Position numbers and translations under genes: made by a program. A DNA stretch of 64,000 nucleotides from Antedon mediterranea (Eukaryota > Animalia > Echinodermata). Below are positions 50,729 through 63,781 of the stretch, piece after piece. The notes beneath the pieces were generated by a model, which ran no database searches, was not told where the DNA came from, and worked only from the letters and a program-made list of their open reading frames with translations. Positions within the stretch are counted from its first letter, which is position 1. Every line of letters starts with the position of its first letter. Where the stretch lies: assembly GCF_964355755.1 (NCBI RefSeq), contig NC_092672.1, forward strand, positions 9,734,001-9,798,000. Reading direction: 5' to 3'.

Positions 50729-50792
50729 ATGGCTGGATTTGCAACCGTAAAGATGACCACGGACATGATAAATAAAGATTCTCTTTCAACTG
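50729..50792 (+). CDS. Probable first exon of a divergently transcribed, unidentified gene (MAGFATVKMTTDMINKDSLST...)
   Basis: The ATG is in good context (GACATGG), the frame is open to a consensus donor G|GTAAGT at 50793, and the surroundings are CpG-rich. No downstream exon was recognised in the window, so it could be non-coding. Confidence 0.45.
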
Positions 50793-52631
50793 GTAAGTAA
50801 AATCATTTAATTGCTACTACATTTTATAAAATGATACAATATCTTCCTGCATGTTGAATTGCAATTTTATGTCCGTTAGCCGTTTGGAATTTACCGGCGA
50901 TTTTCTTCCACTGAAATCTAGGCCTCGGCTGCTAAGCACGTCGCGATGGCCTACTCAGCACTTGTTCAAGAAGTGGTTGGTGTCAATTCGCCTGGGAATA
51001 AATTCGCATTTTCCAAACAACGTCGATATTATTGAAATTGCCAATGAGCAGTTGTTAGAAACGTTTAGAAAATCTAAACTACTACCGTACTCAATTAGAT
51101 TTTTTGATAACTCATCACACCTACCACTAGCTAGTATAACTTAAGAAATGGTTTTTATTTATACGATTGTTTGCAAAGGGCATTCACCCAACAAGATGAT
51201 CCGAATATCCCCCTTATTCAAAATATAAAGCCCTGTTTCCATAATGGTCAATGAATGTACTCAGCAGAACTGATGCTTTTCAGACTATTATTCTCCCTTG
51301 AGGCCTATTTCATTCTAAATTGTGTGGTTGTAATTTACAACTCCTAATGGGTTTACTGAATGTATAGATTATTAATGGATCATATCTCTCTGGATGTTTT
51401 GCTATCAGATATAGTTATAATTATGCTAAATTTGGTATTTCTGTCTCAAATATCATAATTTGCATTTTCTGGTTCCATTGAATTGATGAAATAATAAATT
51501 AACATACTAATAAAATAAATTTAGTTTAGTTAATATTTTCTAGTAGTATAGTTTCTTTGGCAGAAATTAAAAAATATAATAAAAATTCCTCTGGACATAA
51601 TTCCTTATTGCTCACCTATACACGGCGGAACATCCAGCATGAATCCTGCTAGTAACAGAGAACTGGAACTGGAACAACTTTGAATCTAGTCAGCCCTTCA
51701 TGAAGAATAAACGCTACAGGAAAGCAATTTTAATTTTTGAATGAAATTACAATTTAATAGCATGATTTTCATAGGATTAGAATTTTCACAAATTCCTCTG
51801 TTGGCCTACAGCTATATATCTGAAATGTTATTTCATTCAGAGTCCCATAAAGAATGGGCCTGGTGTGTACCTTTAAAGCTAAATTTATAAATATTGTTTT
51901 AGATAATGATGTGATAATATGCACTATTTATCAAATGTAATAATTTAATGTGATTTAATGTGATTTAAGAATTTGGTATAAAACCATATTTAATTCTGAA
52001 TAATTTCAACTTGATTAGATCGCTTAAGAAATTAGCCCTCGGGGGAATTTGTATGATCTTGGAGGCATCAACTGGGTTGCACTACAGGATAGAGTGACTC
52101 AGTCTTATATGTTTAAGCCAGAGTAGCTTTGACAGCTAAATGTAGCAAAGAAATTGGCATTTAAATATAGTTTCTTACAAATTACTGAGGCGCTGCTTTT
52201 GCAGATTGAACATGTCCTGACGTTTAAGTAGCAAGTAGGCTTGGCTAGGCATTTAATGGGATTTGAATAAATCTCCAATTTCCATAGTGTACTGCTATAA
52301 GCTAACGATCATTGCTAATTTTCTATAAAGATATATTATTAGATAAAAATGCAATATATCTCGCAGGCCCTTGGCAGAACAGAAGGAGGTCAGGGTTGAA
52401 AAACTTTCCACGACCTGTTTCTGTTAAGCGAGAGAATATGGTTTTAAAAATGTTTTAGTATTTTTACAGCCAATAGCATAACTACCATCCCAGAGATAAA
52501 TGCTCCTTTAGTACCCCTCTACAGAAATGAAATAATCCATCAACCATGCCATTTTTTAGGCATCATCATGTCCCAACGTACCACCGATTTCATAACTGCC
52601 TTTAAAATCCTTTTTCCAATGTTTTTTGTAT

Positions 52632-52708
52632 CGAAGGCAGATCCAGGAATTTTATAATGGGGAGTGCTAATATTCACAAGTGCTAACCTTACCCTGGATC
52701 TGCCCCTG
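52632..52708. mobile_element. Short MITE remnant
   Basis: Inverted ends GGCAGATCCAGG ... CCTGGATCTGCCCCTG, with TGTAT on both flanks. Confidence 0.5.
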
Positions 52709-53790
52709 TGTATTTACTTACATTAATTTAGTGTGGTAATTGAACAAACCATGAGTTTCAACAGATATTGTTGTCAGTAAAATATCTAATTAAATAATTT
52801 CTCCGTCTAAATTTTGGAGACTAACGTTGACACGGCAAATTTGAAGGGTACACACCTGTAAAGGAGAATCCTATGCAAATTGTACTATGTGAACATAGTA
52901 CAAATTTAAGTTGTGCAAAGATTTAAATTGTTATTTGGTGCCTTTCAGTTTTAGTTCTAGATTGAGGAATTTCTAGTTTTCTGGCGCCAGCAGCATGTTC
53001 CGGGTGCATAACGTTACAGGGACGGCCCTATTTATATAAAAACTCATGTGACACCCATGTTGTATTAGTAGATAGATAGATAGATAGATACAATTTTATT
53101 CGTCATAAAATAAGTAAAATTACATTATGAAAATTGTCTTCCTTGGCAAGAATATAAAATTTAAAAAGACCATATTTAAAATATTACTAGTGTTAAAAAT
53201 GCAACTGCATACTTTTCAATATTTGGAATACTGTTGTGAGATACTGTAAGCATTTAAAATGCTATTTACAGTAGTATTACACATCATGCTACACCCCATA
53301 CTGCTTCATTCCACAAAAACATGATGGTCTAAACTGAATTAAATGGCAAGAATGTTTATGTAGCAAGTATTGGGTGGTAACCCTGTAACTATTTTCATCC
53401 CTCAGGTAGACCAAAACATTAGCTTAGGTTTCAATGCAATGTCTACCAATTGAACTTTGTACTTGCTGTTCTGCACTAAGTTTACCATGATTGGTATCAG
53501 ATCCCTGAGATATTTGTGAAACATGTTTACATTGAATGTGAACATGAATTGAGAGTTTTATAGGTACTGAGATCTAAACTTTGTATAAAATTTGTTTTTG
53601 TGTAATATGTTGATAATTAATATGGGTATAGTACAGCACATCCACTTAATGTGTCACAACCTAGTATGTTATATTACATACAGTACATTACTGTATACAG
53701 ATAAAGGTGACATGATGAATATGTAATGAAGGTCAAAGTACAGATCTTTATTCAAATTTTGAATTTTGAACTACTGTACTACCTAACAAT

Positions 53791-55544
53791 CTAGGCTCGC
53801 GCTAACCGCTCGCCAATTCGCCAATGGCGACTGGAGTCTCCATTTGGCGAAAATAATTATTGCCTCGTTCGCCAAATTGGCGAAAATACATTTCCAAGCC
53901 TAGGCCTAGCCTGGTCGGCGTGACTTCTTATGGGAGCGAGAATTCGCCACACTTCGGTACTTTCTGACTCGGGTACACTTTTTACCACAACAGCATTTTA
54001 TGTGACGACGTCACGATCGCCGTGTTCATTTTTTTAGTTCTGTTTAAACATGCGCAGAGCGTGCCTCGATGACGTTTTAATGACACACAGTTAATGTGAT
54101 TGGTTCGTGGCCGGTCGTCGTCGACGTGATGATGAGCGAATAAAAGGGGAAGTCCCTATTTTTCGACGTAGAAAATGAACTTCGAGAAGAAAATGTAAAC
54201 AGAAACATGTGGACGAATACTTCCGTAAACGAGGCTGTTCTGTTATTTAAAAAGGGGAATTTTAAATTTAACAAAGTAATTACCTCAATAGTATAATGTT
54301 AACATGTTTAATTTTATTTCCCTTTCGATTATTCTAACCGAAAGTTGCGCTTTAAATTGAATAGCTAAGAAACAACGTATACTACAACGGCAACCCTGGC
54401 CAAAGCGCGTTTCTGCCGCCTACATAGAATGGGTTACGGCCGCTGCATAGCAAATTCAAAGCTTCTTAAATTTCTGTGGTACATTTCTTCCTAACGTACT
54501 TGTTTTATATAATAGATTGATAAATATTCCACTTATTAAATAATTTAATAAATCGGTAAAATTGACGTTTCGAAGCAAGTATTCCATGATGAGAGGCGAC
54601 ATTTTTCGACATGCCTCGTGTGCGGCGAATACTAGTTCAGAAAATGGAACAGTCCACTGTGCGGGGGTTATCCAATCATTAATTAACGCGCTAATACCTA
54701 GGCGACGGTAATTTAGTAATAAGCGGAGAACTGAATCCCCCGTAAGGAAAATGGTAAACACTGATATTTATGGTAGGGATTATTTTTTTCAGTGGTTGGT
54801 CTTGTTGGCTTCTTCGCACCAGGTCCACGCAAAGTCAAATAAAACGATGTGGTTTATCAAACAGAAATATAAATTAGCTTTAATTCATTACTAAATTAGC
54901 CAGATTTTGATAATGAGAAAGGCTAAAAAATTGTTATCGTTAAAATTGACATATGAGGCGGATGTACATAATAATAATAACCGATTTACATATCAAAATA
55001 AAGAGTATTTAAAGCCTGATAACATGCAACAAAAATTACTCCACCACCTATTATGGACCTCGTGCGATCGGGTGCGAAAATGGGTAGGTGTTTTCCAAAG
55101 TTATTTTTAGCGCGCAGATTTCGGCTCGCCGGCTTTTGTACCTCATTTTTAACTCGTGTTTTCTATTAAAATATTTAATAAACATAGATTAAAAATATAT
55201 AAAAATAATCCCTTAAACAAGATCTTTCCAGGCATATAATTTTTATTCTCATGGGTACATAAGAAATAGTATATTTTTAACTTCAAAGACACGTCACTTT
55301 TTGAAATTTCACGAACGTGTTAAAATCGCGGTAACGAAAATCAGCTTCATTGGGATAAATAATAATAATATAAATGTAAAAGAAGTAAAATAACAAACAA
55401 ATACATGCATTATTTATTTAATAAACATTTTTGCGAATTTTTATGGTTTTTTAAATTTGGCTAAAGGATTTTCAATTTGGCTAATGTTTTTCAAAACCTT
55501 TCGCCATTTTGGCGAACGAAAATTTGACCTTAGCGCGAGCGTAG
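53791..55544. mobile_element. Non-autonomous hAT-like DNA transposon (CpG-rich, probably recent)
   Basis: TIRs CTAGGCTCGCGCTAA / TTAGCGCGAGCGTAG, repeated subterminal TCGCCA/TGGCGA motifs at both ends, ACAAT on both flanks, and no transposase ORF. Confidence 0.75.
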
Positions 55545-55549
55545 ACAAT

Positions 55550-55595
55550 GTAAGAGCAGGGAGTTGTAAAATATTTTACAACTCCCTGGTAAGAG
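55550..55595. repeat. 32-bp perfect palindrome flanked by 7-bp direct repeat (candidate transposon footprint)
   Basis: GTAAGAG|CAGGGAGTTGTAAAATATTTTACAACTCCCTG|GTAAGAG. Confidence 0.8.
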
Positions 55596-58500
55596 CCAGT
55601 ATGTTATATCCATCCTATATTAAAATCTATTTCTTGCCTTACTAATACCTGGATAAACTGACAATTAGTCTCTATCTCCAAAGAGAGGAATACATTTATG
55701 GAAATAATATAATTGTAATGTAATTGTTGAATGTCATTTTGCATCTATATTTAATTTTTATCAAGTTTGTGTGGTCCAAATGTTTCGTATTGTGATGGAA
55801 AATGCATTAACCATATTGGTTGGTGTAAAGATATTGAGAAATAATTTGTAAAAATCTTCTGTATGTATTCAAATTCAACTATAAAAGTGGAGTTTAAAAT
55901 GTTTATATTTTCAATAGGCTTATCAGTGCAGTAATAAAGCACTTAAGTATGTACTTTGTAGTTTTAATCTACTTGGTTATTTATTGCCTCATTAATCTTG
56001 GCCTACTATATGGTCTTCGTTAATTAATAGCTTAATAAACTATTCAATCTAGCATGTGAAAATACAACCATGGTTTTTCTACCATAAATACAATATTTTC
56101 AATAGTTTGCTTATTTTAATCTAGTGTAGGCCTACTTTTTTCTCTCATCTAATTGTTCTTACATTATTTTACATCTATTTTACACAGTAACTTTGTCATT
56201 AGAAAATATTGTATATTCCAGCCTCATTGTTTCAAAACTTCAGCCTTATGCAGTCAACATAAATATCTATAGTACCATCTTGATACTGTATGTACATGTA
56301 TCTATGTAGTAGGCTTACTGATGAAGTCTTGTCTTTGAAGTTATTTGAAATATGTAGTAACTGTTACATTTGACTGTAGTGTTCATGCAGAGATGATTGA
56401 AAATGTATGTATAATTATTCAATAAAAAAAAATCATTGAATGCCTATAGTTTTTTCACATGACCCTAAATCATCACATTATTTTGTCTATTTTGTGTATT
56501 TTTGCATTTAACACATTTATGTTGGCCTAATATTCTCCGAAAAATTGAAATATACCTAGGTTTCCATACAATTGCTACACAGCACAGTACAGTGTCAGTA
56601 TACATACTGATGCAACAGAAATTTCAACAATTTTGTGACATAAGCATCTTAGTGCCACTGACCCAAATATAATATGATCCAATAATTTGTGGATGCTACA
56701 GTCATAATTCTTGGCAATCAAATTTTGATTTTAAACCCAATTTGTGCTGCACAAAATTTATTCTGTAAGGTTTGACCAGTTAACGTGACTGAGTAATTTC
56801 CTTTTGATCTTCATAAAACACTGTGTCTTCTATTTAACTGGATGAATTAAAAGTTTTTATTTGTTACAAGTGGAAATACATATATATATATAAGGCATGT
56901 TTATGATGCATAACGGTGGAAAACTGTTTTAATCTATCTCTAAAATAGATGAAAAAATATAATTTATATATTATTTAAAAAAAAAAAAAAAAATTTTGGA
57001 TGATTGGCTATGAAAAATGTGAATATTACCCAGGATGCAATGTCGTTTGGCGGTAGGTAAAATGTTGTACATTCTAAAAGTAGTGATTGTATATTTTAAC
57101 CATTTTCATAAACTAGTTACTTTATTAGAAATTTGTCTTTTTTCTGCTGACAAGAAATTGGGGGCATTTTAATTGTACAGTTGTTAATTATTTGTCTGCA
57201 GTAGAAACAGTTCCTTATTAAAGTAGCTAAAATAAGCAATTGCTATAATTTAGGTTAGAGTCAAAGGATTATTGATGACATTAGAAACAAATTATTTAAT
57301 TTGATTAAAGTCAGACATATAATTAGATAGATTAGTATACTGTGAATGCCTTTTAATTATTTATTTAAATGCTTGTTGGGATGTATTAATAGAAGAAACA
57401 AACTTCAAGAAGAGGAATATTTTCGGTTTCTGTGAATTGGTTTTTTCATTAACATTTGTTTTTGTTGCACTAAATGGTAGCTTAAATGATAGCTCAGGGT
57501 ATAAAGTTCCTAATTTTTTTTCCAGCCATGGAGCGAGCAAGCGTTGTGAAGTAAAAATGTGGAGTTAAACAGGACTTTTTTTCAAAAGGTATAATTTTAG
57601 TACAAACATTGCTACAGTACTACAGTACGAGAACAGTTTTAGGGTCGAAATTGAATGAATTGTATGTCTTTTTGTATGACAGACTTGACCTCAAAGAACT
57701 TAGTTTCAGTTCTTTTTGTTGACAAATTAGTTTGTTAACCGTTTTGTTCTTTTCAAGGCATTTACGTGAGAATTAACCGTATTCATTGCTTGGCAAATAG
57801 CCTGCAGACATTGCCTCTTAACTCATTAACCACTGTACACATATTAAGCAATTGTTGTAATCGTAAGAAACGTATGGGCTACAAACATCGTGTTTCTAGC
57901 CATGGCAAAACAAATGGTCTGGAAATAATGAAGTAAACGAGGATTTGCTAATTCTGTATGGTAAATTGACAGAACTCTTGGTTCATGATCGAGTCATAAT
58001 CATAATTAATGATGTGATCACGCAATATATTTCATCCAAAATATGAAATTAACTATAATTTTCAAATAATTTCTTTGATTTTAATATTTGGTTTATCATG
58101 CCTAGCTTACTTGGATAAACCAAACATAGCCCACTCTCTCTCTGTAAAGAGGATACAATAAACATGATCAAGTGTTTAAAAAGTGGTCTAATGAAATCTG
58201 TAGAAATATATAGGAAAAGAAAGAGATTAGTGGGTAGCTGTACCAAAAATATAATATCGTCCAAACATAAAATGGATGTTTTTCTTATAAATATGAAAAG
58301 GTAAATATGATGAAAGGAAACATTGATTTATTTTTAAAAGGTGATAATTTAACACCCGGAAATTATCATCTTTTTCAAATTAGTGATCATCATAGAAGAA
58401 AAACAAGTGACATCTGGGCACAGTATGGTTTCCTTGTCCCACGGCCGAATACTATAAGTAAAATGTTTACAATTTGTGTAGGAAGCAAGCGGGATATAGC

Positions 58501-58685
58501 GTCCTATAAAAGTATACACTTTGGATTGTCTCAGGCATTTATGTAAATTTGTAAAATTTGCTCAATAAATATGTGGTACTTTATTATGTCTAGTATGTCT
58601 TTATTAACATTTTCTGCATTAAATTAATTACCAAAACAGTATCCAAAAACAACCTTAATATTCATGATAGCCTGAAATATTATTA

Positions 58686-58727
58686 GAATAAACATAGAGA
58701 TATTATATAATATCTCTATGGAATAAA
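58686..58727. repeat. 28-bp perfect palindrome flanked by 7-bp direct repeat (candidate transposon footprint)
   Basis: GAATAAA|CATAGAGATATTATATAATATCTCTATG|GAATAAA. Confidence 0.8.
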
Positions 58728-60679
58728 TAACTGTCTTTTGTACAATGGGCATGAGATATTACTTACATCAATCCTAACCTAACATTTAACATGCCTCATT
58801 TCTTAACTGTATTTATACAATGAAAACACACATTGGCACACCATTCAGAAGCTAAAACTGTTTATATTTATTTCCTAAACTTTAGATAATGAACTTTCTT
58901 TAATTTGTTAATATCTTTTCATAATTACAACGTCTTCAAAGCACACTGACTTAACTTTGATGTTATGTTGTTCACTGGTGTGTACAAAGTAACTAACTTT
59001 AATGCATGCATCACTGAAGAGACATCTACTCACAGGATTAAAAAAACAACAACATTGGATGGATGCATTGCTAATTTGTAAGTTAGAAGTTCCAAGGCTA
59101 GTGTCTATGCATTTCTTGCTTTATATTACAGTACTGTGTAGGCTTAATTTTGTTGAAATAGACTCGAGACTGTTCAACCCAAAATTATATATACATTATC
59201 ATAATGCATGTGTATGTATGTATAAACACAACAGGCAAAGAACATTCATTCATAACCGCCCAGGATATACTGAAAATGTATTAATTTGAAATGTTAAAGA
59301 TGAAGAAATCTGTGAGAGTGAGAAAAAGTCGTCCCAAACCTGGAACCTTCTTACAATCTAAGATGTACAGTATGAAAATTATTGTTATGGCTATATTTAA
59401 AAAGATAATTTTATAATATATGATTATTATGTATAATTTTAATAATTTATATTAAATTATGTATATATAAATCTTGTTTTTTTATTTCCAGTTATTTCTA
59501 TCTACATAATATACACTATGTGGTTTGATTATTTACATGGGAATATTAGTTTTAACTTCTTGATGTGGTGAAAACCCTATAATTAGATCTGAGTACCATA
59601 CCTGTTTGCCTGCTACTGTCAGGTATTCACAGGTATCAACCACTCTCTTGTTATGATGTGAATTTTGCACTTGGTTCAATAACCACCCATTTATCAACAC
59701 ATCATTAGGCCTATAACTGTCAAGAATTCCACCAACTGCTCCTCTAGTAGCCAACAGATGTGATAGCATTTTTCCTTTTCATAAAACTGCCTATTTACTT
59801 ACTAATAATTATTTGTAAATGATGTCTGGTTTTGTAGTTACTTTTGAATTGACATCTCCCTGAGGTAACAATTTGACCACGCCTATATTTTTTTTTCAAC
59901 AGGCATCCATCAGTTACAAACTTGCCAATTTAAGCATGACAAATGAAACTTTCTAATCTAAGCACGTACCTGTTTCTGGCAAAGAAAAGAATGATTTTAA
60001 AACCAGATCTTTTTTCCTTAGCTATAGAAATAGTCCTGACAATACCACAAAAAAAAAATGATCTTAGATATTGTAATAAAACTCAAATTTATTTTACTAA
60101 TATTAGTGGCTGTGGAGTAATTTTGAACAGCAGTGCTACACAATCTTGGTTTAAATTTGACCTTAAATGTCTGAGGTAATATTTTTGCTATTTTCTTCTG
60201 CCATGAGATGGATGTAATTTCACATACTTGTACTGTTATTTTCTCACAGCAAAAAACAGGCCATGTGTTAGTACAGTGAGTACAGTATATAAAAATGATA
60301 GGGGCACAACCCAACTGCAATTATTACTTAGCATTTGTGTTAATATATGTCTTAACATTTTTCTATTTTGCTTAAAATATTCCACTACAACTACAGACAT
60401 AGTTTATCTTTTAATATGCTGATAGGTTGAGGAGGAAATCAGTCTTTATGTATGTTATGGATAGTAATTGGTTCTTCGGTTCATTTGATAACAGGACTAT
60501 ATGAATATTATGGATTAAGTATATTAAAAAGTGACTTGTTGACTCCCACTGTGTACAGTTAATTATAATTCCAATATATATACATTATTAAGCGATATTT
60601 ATATTGTATACATACTATAGTAGGTTATTTTCACGGTTTTCTATGGGAGTTAACATATAACACAGTATATACTGTATAA

Positions 60680-60845
60680 AAATCTCAGGCACAAAATAAA
60701 TTTTAAACCGTCTGAAATTTAATTAATTAATTTTAAATAATAAAAATGAGGAAACATGTGAGAATGAGAAATCACAACCACAGATTCGAACCAGAAACCT
60801 TCTGCTTGATATGCAGATGTCATAACCATTACATAGACCACTGGG
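60680..60845 (-). mobile_element. tRNA-related interspersed repeat, same family as 44660-44826
   Basis: The reverse complement contains TGGTCTATGTAATGG (A-box-like), GGTTCGAATC (B-box) and TTCTCATTCTCACATGTTTCCTCAT. Confidence 0.55.
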
Positions 60846-62221
60846 GTTTTCATGGTATTGTAAAAATTTGATTGAGTAACGACTCTTTAACACAGTCTTA
60901 CCATGGTATGGCAGAACAGCATTAGTTCCTCAATTGTACACACACGCACCAGAGATCTAATATAAAATGACAATTTCTTTTATCTTTTTTAAATATAAAT
61001 TATTAGATTGTATACAATAAAAATGTTATAGAAAATTTCAAATAACCAGTTGGCATTCTCCAAAAAATATTCTGAATATTAAATCAATTTCTGTAAAAAT
61101 TGTATTGGCACACTGGCAATGTAATGATTTACATTTTCATTAATGTTTAGAATTCTAGAAAAAAATGATCACCCTTACAGTTGTCATTCCTCATATAATT
61201 TTATCTATGAATATTCTGTGGATTTTGTCAATTTTATTTAATAAAATTGTATTTCAAGTTAAGTTACAACTCAACCGCTGCATACAAAATACCACAATAA
61301 TAATTAAGGTTTTTATGCTTCAGTCAGTTTCAGCAAGATGAAAATATGCACAAAATAGATGTAGTTATCTGCACTGTAATCAGTTGGTAAATATATAATT
61401 CAGTTGTATAACATATACAGTATACACAGTAGTAAAACAGTAGCCTCTACTGAATAATTTATTGTAAGTAATTGGCTTTTCACTGATGACATCCTTATGA
61501 GATTTGGGTCATTCTTCTATTAATGGGTCATTGATCATTATGGGTCAGTAGATTTAAATTCTGTGGGGAAAAAGGAGAATCACACTTATTTCCCCTAGTA
61601 GTGCTTACTGTTGGTGACAAAAATATCTTGGCATTCCTTTATAAAGAGATACTGGTGATGTTTTGTTGACTTGAAATTAAATATTTCTGGGGGATAAAAA
61701 TTTTACATTGATTTACAATTTTATAAGTTTTACATCACTTGACGGTGGTATGTTGATACGTTCCCACATGAGGGCATGGTTGTGGACTGGTCCATTATAA
61801 TACAGGGGTGTTCTAGGAACTTTTCACTTTTGTATCTAAAGCCCTCCCTCTGGAGAGCATGGGCTATTGTCGGTTTATACAGGTAGCACTCATTGACTAC
61901 TAACACCAATACTGGTTTGTTTATTTTTCAGGTACTCATGATTCTATTATTTCGGATATCTTGCCGATCATATAAAAATACCACATTTTCAGTTCTAATT
62001 CTGCGATTCATATATGAACACACCCACAAGGACTAATTTCCATTGTCATTTCCAAACAGGAAGGATGATCAGTAAAGACTGAAATTACATCATCTTTATA
62101 ACAACAAATGATAAACATTCTTGTAAAATGATTCTTCTGGTACTTATCTACCAATAGTTCCCTCCTTTCAACCTTTGTTAATTGTATTGTGGTCAAGTAA
62201 CATTACATGTTTCTCGTCCCT

Positions 62222-62291
62222 GACCGCATCCTTTTTTGGACCCGTCTCCTTTTTTAGGGCCGCCTCCTTTTTTGTGGCTGCCTCCTTTTGT
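62222..62291. repeat. Short tandem repeat, ~18-19 bp x4
   Basis: Units of CCGC(A/C)TCCTTTTTT(G/A)G. Confidence 0.7.
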
Positions 62292-63609
62292 TTATTTTTA
62301 AATTTAAACACGATTAATACTTAGGAATGAATGTATAATTGTTCAATTGGGAGAATATTCTCATGAGATTGAAGTTGTTCTATTCAACAATGGAAGCAAG
62401 GAAAACGAATGCTATTTAAGATACAGTAAGACAATTTTCTGTTTTTAAATACTGGAAATCTCACTTCATATGTAGATTAACCTATTCAACTTTAAATGCT
62501 TTATTGGTAGTACTTGTATGTGAAACATGTAGTCACTTGAATGGTATTTGTAAAATGCTATACAGTAACTACATCTCATTTGTTACACATATCTCAACTT
62601 ATTTTAAAGCAATTATAAGTTATTTAGGAAACCACCCAACAGAAACAATATCATTGGGATTATTTAGCACTTGATCCAGATCATTGTATCTTAAAAGATT
62701 GACTCATATTGATAATGATTTATATATTCTATCAATATGACTCATTTGCAGTTTTATCTATTAGTTTTGTAGGTCATGTCCCCAGGTATTTCAACATAGT
62801 ACCATGTCTGGGGTTGTTTGCCCTGTAGGTTATCTGTTGATTCAGAAGGGTTGATATACAGGCCTATAGGTATTCTGCAAACTGTACAAATGGTGGTATG
62901 GCATTGTTGCTTTGTGGTTAACCCACCTTTCCCAGGGTCCTGATTTCATAAGTAATATTCTGAGTTTCACTTCAAACCACTAAGTAAAACCTTATAAAAC
63001 TTATTTTCTTCAAAATCATAGTAATCCGGATATACATGTTTAATTATTGTTGATAATTTGGTGGCATGTTCTCTGAAAAACAAGAACATGTTTCCTTTAG
63101 TTATTGGTATAATCCTATACACTTTCCTAGAAATTTCTACCACATAAATCATATTTATAGTAAAATAACTGTGTATATGCTAGCAATTGATATTTCCTTT
63201 AAGCTACAGAGTATAGGCTATGTATTATGCTCTCTAGTTCAGATTTCCCTTGAGTACTTATCTTTTTTCTTTTGTGCTTTAAAGAATACAAGCTGAAGCA
63301 AATCTGTATTGTTATAAACTCATTCACAACCTTATGTCTGGCAAAAGAAAATATAAGTTTGTTTCTCTGGCAGTTGAAGCTATAAAGACTTCATAGAAGT
63401 AAAGATAAATATTTACTGTATTATTTGAATAGTAACATAATGGCATTATTTGAAGATTAAACTTTAGAACTTCTAAACAATGAAGAGAGAAATAAACGTT
63501 TAAATTGTATGTATTCAATTCATTTCATATTCTGAAATATATTTTCCTATTGAAGAATCATGTGACTTTAAACTTGGCTTATGTTCAACATTTAGTCTTT
63601 AAATGTAAA

Positions 63610-63781
63610 TAATAGAACCCCTTTTATGGGGACACCTCAGGACCAAAAAAGGAATCCCCTTAATAGGAATGTCCTAAATAATAAGGTTAGCTGTTAGTAT
63701 ATTTTCCTTAGGCCTACATCATATCATTAGCAAATGAGAAATTATCCCTTAATAGAGTTGTTGCCTGAAGGGGTTCAACTG
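63610..63781. mobile_element. Old Tc1/mariner (pogo/Tigger-like) MITE
   Basis: Left end TAATAGAACCCC, right end GGGGTTCAACTG|TA, with internal GGGGACACC and CCCCTTAATAG motifs. Confidence 0.55.

Noticed and set aside
54077-55110. Transposase remnants inside the hAT-like element
   Set aside because: The ORFs are short, with no recognisable DDE, BED or dimerisation motifs.
56317-56345. Additional hammerhead cores (CTGATGA at ~56318 and ~61483)
   Set aside because: Neither has a stem II followed by GAAA.
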